A stretch of 41,996 nucleotides of DNA from Planctomycetota bacterium (GTDB lineage: Bacteria; Planctomycetota; Planctomycetia; Pirellulales; Pirellulaceae), in NCBI GenBank assembly GCA_039027135.1, contig JBCCKZ010000001.1, positions 1-41,996 on the forward strand, read 5' to 3'. The notes under the pieces are model-generated. The model ran no database searches. It was not told the DNA's origin and worked only from the letters and a program-made list of their open reading frames with translations. The translations under genes were made by a program, and so were the position numbers. Shown piece after piece: positions 10,001-19,000 of the stretch. The number at the start of each line of letters is the position of its first letter. The first letter of the stretch is position 1.

Positions 10001-13000
10001 CCGGCACCTACTTCGTGAATGTTGTTGGTAGCGCAGCCGACTACCACCTGATCATCGCAAGGCAAAGTGATTTTGTCCCAGAGGATTCCGGGCCGAACTC
10101 CGCTTTTGATATTTCACAATCATCAACCGGTGTCTCGTTCGGCAGACTGGGTGAGCTTTCTTCATCAGGCATCGAACCGGACGATTACTCAACCGGCACA
10201 GTGCTTAACAACGTCGACCCGGCAGTCACGCTATCTAGTGATTTAACCGGCGGGAGTATCTTTGCCGCCACAGCTGCATTCAACGCACCGACGGGGAACC
10301 TTGTATTCGCAACCACAGCGACAGGCGCCAATGGATTTTCGGCAACCAACGCTTTTCGAGCGGACTTTACTGATCCGGTAGCCATCGTTTCCATCGATGC
10401 TGGGTCCGATGATTCATCAGACACTTCGCAGCTGCAGGCCTATTCATCAAGTGGGGTCTTACTTGACACAGTCGTTAGTTCACCACTTGCATCGGGCAAC
10501 TCGGAAACGTTAGCGATTACGCGATCTACCGCGGATATCGCCTACGTTTTAGCTTCCGGCGTGGCGGGAGATGTTTCTCCGCTCGATAACTTGCAATACA
10601 GTACTCGTCCTGACGAAGACGTCTTCACCTTGACCGCGGAAGCAGGTGACGCTCTTACCCTGGAGACGCTGACACCGGGAGATGGTCCCCTTGAACCTTT
10701 TAACCTTGTCGACGTGGGAATCGAACTGTTCGATCCAACGGGAACACTTGTTGCCAGTGGAACCAACGCCGGTAACGAAAACATCTCGCATGTAGCCACC
10801 CAGTCCGGACTCTATGAAGTTCGCGCCTATGCACAGCAGAACGAGGGCGACTATGTCTTAAGGGTCACTGGCGCGACGTCTCCGCAACCCGCCTTCAACG
10901 CATCGGCCTTGTCTCCAGCGGATGGTGCGGTACTTGCCACCACGCCCACGTCAGTCCTTCTCGACTTCAACGACAGCGTCTTACTGACTAGCTTGCAAGC
11001 GAGTGACTTCAAACTCAACGGGGTTTCAGCATCGACGGTTGAAACCCTCGATGGTGATAGTGTGGTTGTGGAGTTTCCGTCGATACCCGGCGGTGCAAAC
11101 ACACTGACTATCGATGCAGGTGACATTCTTGATCTGCAGTCGACCCCACTGCAGGCGTTCTCCAGCACGTTCACTGTCGACATCTCACCTCCACAGATCG
11201 TTGGATCGACCGTGCAGGAGGGTGACGTGTTGCCAAATGACGCTGTCTCGTTCTCATTCGACTTCAGTGAGCCAATGAGCGTTGGGCAGTTTGACGAAAG
11301 CGACTTTCGGTTGGTGGGAAATCGATTGGGCGCGATTGCCCCAGACTCATTCAACCTGGTTAACAGCTCATCGGGAGCAACGCTGACAATCACCTATGGA
11401 ATCCTTCCGGAAGACGCCTTCACGTTAACGCTGGATAGCGGTGATGGTGCGTTAGAGGACCTAGCCGGCAATGATCTAGATGGTGAGCCGCTTGCCTTCC
11501 CTCTTCCGCCCAACAGCAGTGGTGATGGGGTCGCCGGAGGTGATTTTTCGCTTAACTTCGAAACGGATATCTCATCCGTTGTTTTGGACGCACCATTGAG
11601 ACAATTGGTCCCTGCGGGCTCACAGGGCTATGACCAGGTTGTCTCGGGGCGTTTCAACGCCATTGGAGAAGTTGATGTTTATCAAATAGATATCGACGAC
11701 AATCAATTGATATCGATCCAGCTTATCACCGATCCATCGGTGACCCCAGCTTTCACCTTAGCTGATTCAAACCAAGTCGTTGCCAACTCACGAGCATCGG
11801 CTGCCGGTGCTTCGGTTCAGTCTTACCGAGTTACCGAGTCAGAGGGCGGAACCTATCAGATCTCTGTATCAGCGGCCGATGCTGGAGATTATGAGCTTCG
11901 AGTGATTCTCAATAGCGACTTTGAAGAGGAAGGTTTTGGTTTCGGCAACAACGATTCTGCCTCTTTCGCGCAGCCGATTGCTTCGATCAACCTTCCACCC
12001 GCCGCCGCCTCAACGATTGCGGATGCTACCGTTTCGGAGACTGCGGGCACAGCTTTGTTGCCCATTTCGCTGTCAAGCGAACCTCAAGGAACCATTTATG
12101 TCGAACTTGATAGCTCAGATGCAAGCGAAGTCGCTGTATTGAGCCCTCGCTTGGCGTTCGACAGCGAGAACTGGGACCAGCCCCAAATGGTGAGCGTCAT
12201 CGGCATCGATGACCTGGCAAGTGATGGCGACCAAATCAGCTTGGTTACCGCGTCAGTTGATCCCGTTCTCGAAAGCGATCAGAACATTAGTCTCACACGT
12301 GGTGAGTTCTCAGTTGCCACTCTGGATAACGAAACCTACTCGCCGCCAGACGATCAAACGGCGACGGTCATCGTGACAGATCCCGTTGGAGGTAGCCAAC
12401 CACACGAGAACCGTCAGCCTTCCCTGGCGATGAACTATATCGTTGCGATCACGGGAGTCTTTCCAAGCAGCTTTGGCCCTATTGAAGACTCAGCCCACAA
12501 TGGTCCTTTCATTGCAGAACAAGCGGAAGCCTCTGAGCCCTTCATTGGTGAGGTCTCTGTCTTTGCCGGCAGCTTCGCGCCAAGAGGCTGGGCATTCGCT
12601 CATGGCCAGCTGCTTCCAATCAACCAGAACGCTGCGTTGTTTTCAATACTCGGAACGACCTATGGTGGTGACGGTCAAACGACGTTTGCACTCCCCGATT
12701 TAAGAGGCCGAAGCGCTATCGGTGCCGGCGATGCCCCAGGACTGACCACGAGATCACCCGGAGACCGAATCGGTGCTTCTGAAGTCACGCTCAACGAAGC
12801 ACAAATCCCGGGACACCTGCATCGACTACAGCCACCTTTCGGAGCGCTCACCACAGATGGAGTTGGAAATGTAGCAACGCACTCCAATATGATGCCATCG
12901 TTGGGCTTGAGCTACATTATCGCAACAGAAGGCGTCTTTCCGAGTCTAAGTACGCCGGTCGCCGACATGGAGTCCAATGAAGCTTTCGACCCATTGATCG

Positions 13001-16000
13001 GTGAAGTCCGATTGTTCGCCGGCAACTTTGCGCCAACGGGCTGGACCTTCGCAGACGGCCGCATCCTTCCAATCTCACCGAACTCAAACTTGTTTTCACT
13101 GATTGGTACGATTTATGGCGGTGACGGTACGACAAACTTCCGAGTGCCCGATTTTAGAGGTCGATTAGCCATCGGACAGGGAACAGGTCCGGGTCTATCT
13201 ACAAGAGTCCTTGGATCGCACAGCGGATCAGAAGTCAGCACGTTGTTTTCTTCTACACTGCCATCCCATTCCCACAACGTCCCGACTCTCAACACGGAAA
13301 CAATCACCGTCGGGGGATCCGGCTCTCATAATAATGTTCAACCGCAACTGGCGATTAACTACGCCATCGCTCTGACAGGCACATTCCCCAGCCCAACGGC
13401 CCCTGAATCAGCTGATCCGTTTCTGGGTGAGATCATGATGGTTGGTTTCAACTTCGCGCCTCGAGGTTGGGCGTTGGCCAACGGTCAACTCTTGCCCATC
13501 TCGCAGAATCAATCGCTGTTTTCACTACTGGGCACTCAGTACGGAGGTGATGGCGTAACCACGTTTGCGCTGCCAGACCTTAGAGGACGAGCCATCGTTG
13601 GCGCAGGGCAGGGCCCCGGGCTTCCCGATTATTCGGTCGGTCAAGTCTTTGGGAGTGAGGAGGTATCTCTAACTATCGCGGAACTCCCAAATCACTCACA
13701 CACCATTCAGATTGCGGAGATCGATCCGTCTATTCGTTCGGTTGTAGGTTCGCTGGACGCATCGGGTTCCGACGAGGATTGGTATAGCTTTGCGATTGAC
13801 ACTGACGATGTCGTTACGGTTTCTGTAACGGGCCAAGAGTCGAACGATTTCGTCGTCGACCTCTTTGACCAATCGGGAGGCCAACAGCTCGCGGCAGGAG
13901 TGCCGGCAGCGAATCTGAGCTCAGTAATCAATGACTTCGTTAACTTAGGTGAATTCCACCAGTTCACCGTTCGCGTGACAGGATCAGAGCCAGGTGAGTA
14001 TCTGTTGGTCGTTACCGTCAATGCTGCATTTGACACCGAGGCCAACAACGAAGATGCCGATGCCCAGCCGCTAGGGACATCGCAATCAGCTTTTGGCCAT
14101 GTGCGTTCACCGTCGGCAACAACACCATCATTGCCCGAGGCCGAACGCGGTGGAGGAATTGACCTAAATGGACTTAGTGACAACCGAGACTCTACGAATG
14201 TGCCGGTGGCTTACGAAACGCAAGACGCCAGCGTGCCACTTCCTTTTGATCCCTATCAGAGCTTCCAAGTAAGCACTCCCGAACCGATCACGGTCAGTTT
14301 GCCAGAGGACTCGGAGGCATCGGCCCTCTCCGGACCGATACCGGTGCTATCTCAGTTTGCGGGTCCCGATTCAACCGGCTTCATTCCCCCGGACCCCATC
14401 ATCGCGGCAGGCCCCGAACAGGTCGTAACGATGGTCAATACGGCCATTGGAATTTATGACAAATCAACGGGAGCAGAACTCTTCTTTCAGAATCTCAACG
14501 GACCCAGCGGCTTCTTCGGATCCGTCGGCGCAACAACCACCGTATTTGATCCATGGATTTTCTACGACCATGAAACGGATCGGTTCATGGCGGTTGCAAT
14601 CGACATTGAAAGCTCATCCGTTAGCAATGTCTTCTTAGCAATTTCGACGGATTCGACCCCCACCAACGGCGATGACTGGCACAAATACAAGATTGACTTT
14701 TCGCACGACCCGACGGGCACCGGTTTAGGTACTGGCATCCATTTCCCCGACTACGAGAAGATGGGCGTCAACAGCGATGCGATTTTCATTTCGGGGAATT
14801 ACTTTCCCATTGAAGCAGGCACGGGAGTCTACGCTGGCATCACCGCGATTGAGAAAGCTCCGCTGCTTTCTGGTGGACCAGCCAACATCGTTTTCGAAGA
14901 GCACTTCAGCGGATTTAGCGTCTTCCCGATGCAGCAGTATGGCAGTACGACTACGCAGTACTTTGCAGAGTCAACGGGAAGCGGCTTTCAACGCATCCAT
15001 GCCATCGACAACGTGTTAGGTGGATCACCGACGAGACAAACCTTCAACCTTAACGTTCCCGCGTACAACGAGCCCGTGAACGTGCCTCAACTTGGTGGTG
15101 GAACGTCCGCTGATTCGATCAGTTCGCGTGTCATGACGGGCATTTATCGCGATGGATCAATGTGGTTCGCTCATGGCGCGACCGATCCGGCGATAGGTGA
15201 TGGCGAATCGGTTGCACGATGGTATGAGGTCAACACCAATGGTTTCGCCGCTGGCGGTGGCCTACCCACTCTCGTGCAAGCTGGCAATGTCGATCCTGGT
15301 CCAGGAGTCCATGCCTGGATGCCAGCCATCAATGTTGATGCCGAAGGCAATATGGGTATTGGTTTCGCTGTCGGTGGTCCCAACCAGTTCTATGGCGCCG
15401 GATTTACCGGGCGGCTTGCCGACGATCCCCTCGGTGACACAGTCCTCCCCGTCACCGAGTATGCGATAGGACAAGCTAACTACGTTGGCTTAGATGGCTC
15501 CGGTCGCAATCGCTGGGGCGACTACACCGGCTTGGCTCTCGATCCAACCGACGATGCGACATTCTGGGTCTATAACGAATACGCATCGACGGGCAATCGC
15601 TGGGCTACTGAGATTGCCTCCTTCCAGCTGGAGTCACCCAACGATGATGATTGGTACGAATTCGAGGCAACCGTTGGTGATTCGCTGACCATTACCACCG
15701 AAACACCTGGCGGTGGCCCGTACCTGATTGAAAATCAGCTTGATCCGACGATTGAGCTATACAATTCGGATGGTGTTCAGGTTGCATCCGCAGATTCTGA
15801 TGGCAACGAAACACTGAACTTCAATGTGACGGTATCCGGCATTTACCGCGTTCGAGTATTCGCGGCTGCAGGCAGTGAAGGTGAATACTTCGTTTCCGTT
15901 GCTGGAGCAAGCGGCACCGATTCAAGCCCCAGGGTAATCGATAGCGACCCAGATAATGGAATCAGCCTGGGTGCCTTCCCATCAACCATCACTCTCGACT

Positions 16001-19000
16001 TCAGCGAGCCGATTCTCACTTCATCGGTCGATCTCCAGGATCTCCTGATTGGCGGTCTGCCGGCAACATCGGTTGCGCAGATTGATGGCGACACCTTCGA
16101 GTTCACGATCAACCCCGCTGCCAACGTGGGTGACGGGAGCTACTCCGTCGTCATGGCTTCGGGTGCCGTCCTCGATCTGCAGGGTTCTGCAGTAGACGCT
16201 TATTCTGGGACGTTCACTCTCGATACAACCGGTCCAAGGATCACTTCAACGACTTGGAACGGAGGCCCGCTGACCACTCTGGCACCAGGCCCACTTGTGT
16301 TCGAGGCCTTTCTCGACGAGGACCTCTTTCAACTTGGAAGCGCTCGAAGAGGTCCATTTGCACCGGGTCCCGATGACATTGAATTGATTGACCAAGACAG
16401 CGGAGATCTCTTCACACCAAGTTTGGTTGATTACGATTCCACCCTGGACAAGATAACGATTGAATTTGGAGATCTGCCCGAGGCACGATACACGCTAACC
16501 CTCAAATCGGGTGATGGTGCCATCGAGGACGAAGTTGGCAATGATCTTGATGGTGAGCCCATAGGCACCGGCCTCGATGGAACGATCACAGGTGATGGCA
16601 CGCCCGGCGGAGACTATTCCATCGACTTTACGGTCGACTTTGGGACGAGACCTGTTCAGCCCTTCGAAAGGCTTGAACCGCTAGGAAGCCTGATGTCGAT
16701 CAGCGCATTGAACGAGGGCATCATTGACGCCGACGGCGACACGGACACGTTCAGCTTTACGGCGGCTGCGGGCCAGGTCATTAGCGTGATCGCGGAGGAC
16801 ACGAGTGACAGCGGTGGCTCAATTGGCGTTGAGCTAGTTGGCTTGGCTCCTGGAGCAAGTGGCGTCGAGAGAGTCATCTTGTCACCAACGGTCATTCCCT
16901 TGGATGGCAACTATGAGCTACGAGTGACGGCAAACCAAAGACTCCCCTACTCAATCTCCATACTCAATGGATTCCTATCCGAATTGGAAGCCGTCGGTGG
17001 AGACTCTTCTGACAATAATCCTTTGCAGATCAATGATTCATTTGTTCCGCTAGGCGATGGTCGTGCTCGCTTCTCCATCGTCGGTCATTCCAAGTCATTG
17101 GGCGTTGCTTCGCAGCCGGTGCTATTCGGTATCGACGCGGCTAACAATCAGATCGTTGAGTTGGATACTTCGGACGGATCGATAAGGCGATCCTTTACCG
17201 TTCCTAACGGTTTCGCCGGTGCCCTGTCAGGATTGTCCGGTGCCGAAAACGGATCGACACTGATTTTTCAAGACAGCTCTTTCCCGACAAATCTCTACCG
17301 AGTGGATCCAACGAACGGCAATGTCCTCAGTGTTGAACAAATGCTTGACATTGGAAGCGGTGGCCGAGGGGGGCTCTCCTTTGAGGATTCAGCTATCTTT
17401 GCCATCGATGTCAATGGCCCCATCGATCGTCAAGACGGTTTCAGCGGAAGCGTATCGGATCACGTGGGACTGGTATCACCGGACTTCCCTGGTGCATTGG
17501 GTGGCGATGATAACGGTCGTCATTTCTTCGTCGACGCTGGGACGATTGTTGAGTTCGATGCAAATGTCGCCAACACGATTATCAACTCTTTTTCGGCGCC
17601 TCAAGGATCAACGATCGGTGGCCTGGCTTTCGACGGGACTGTCCTATACGCGTCCGACTGGAATACCGACAGCGTGTACTCTTTGGATCCCAACACAGGA
17701 GCGATCCTTAGTCAGTTACCAGTTGGAAGAGACTTGTCAGGTCTCGGCGTGGTATCGCGATCACCCACAAGTACTGGTGATGCGATTATCAACGGGAGCT
17801 TCGAAACCGGCGACTTTAACGGTTGGACGACGGCCGTTTCCGGGTCGCCCTTTCGACCTTGGGCAGTTTCAGGTGCCGGGCAGGGCGGTGGCTTCAGCCT
17901 TTCACTTACAGACCCACAAGATGGCGACTTCGTTGCTTGGAATGGGTTCGACGGGTCAGGTCCATTGGACTTCACAATGAACCAGGTTGTTACGGTACCC
18001 AACGCGGGAGAGCTAAGCTTCCAGTATCGGGCTCAGTGGGACTTTACCCTGGGCTCGAACGCCAACATCGGCCGGGACTTCTTTGTCGAGATACTCGACC
18101 CTAACTCCAACGCATTGCTGAGCACGGTATTCAGCTTCAACACTGGTACTCAAAGTGTGAATCCAACCGGAGACACCGGCTGGCAAACCGAGATCATCGA
18201 CTTGAGTGCGTTCTCTGGACAAACCGTCGCTCTTCAGTTCCGCGAGTTCATCCCCGAAACCCTTACGGGACCGGGACAGATCGAGTTTGATGCGATCTCA
18301 TTGACCTCAGCAGCCCCCTTGGTGCCGGATGTCGATCAATACGATCTGGACCTGACTGGCCAATCCGGACAATCAATCGACGTTGTACTAGCCGGTCATA
18401 ACGGGGCGGATTTCCGGGGCGAAACACTCGAGCTCATCGCTCCCGATGGTGTGACGGTGCTTGCAGCGGGAACCATTCCGATTGGCCCCAATGAAAACTA
18501 CGATCTAAGTATCCGTGATTTCACCGTTCCCGCAGACGGAGTCTATTCGATTCGATTCTCGTCACTCGTTTCAGGCGAGTATGGACTGTCCGTAACAACT
18601 TCGATGGTCTTTGATTCCGAGCCAAACAACTCGGACATCTTTCCGCTGCGTAGCCTGGATACGCATGATGCGGCACTTGGCTATCTTGAAGCACCTGGCA
18701 CCACGGTTGGTGATTTAATTGACCTCTATGAGTTCAATGCCCAAGCGGGCGACGTGTTCACTTTTTCAACTGAAACACCTTTCGATTCAACTGCGTCTTC
18801 AAGTCCCAACAACTTGGACGTGAGTCTTACAGTCCTTGAGCCTATCGCCTCGTTTGTCGTTGCCTCAGACTCTGATTCGGCGCCAGATGGCAAGAATGCA
18901 ATTGTGACGTTCACCGCGCGTTCCAGCGGCACCTACTCCCTAAGAGTCGAAGCCGAACAGGGCTTGGGTGAATATGTCGTTAAGAAGTCCTCTCCTCAGC

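Noticed and set aside
12388-13701. Prophage or contractile injection system suggested by the tail-collar domains
   Set aside because: The domains are in frame within a cellular secreted protease. No capsid, sheath, baseplate, terminase or integrase genes are present in the window.
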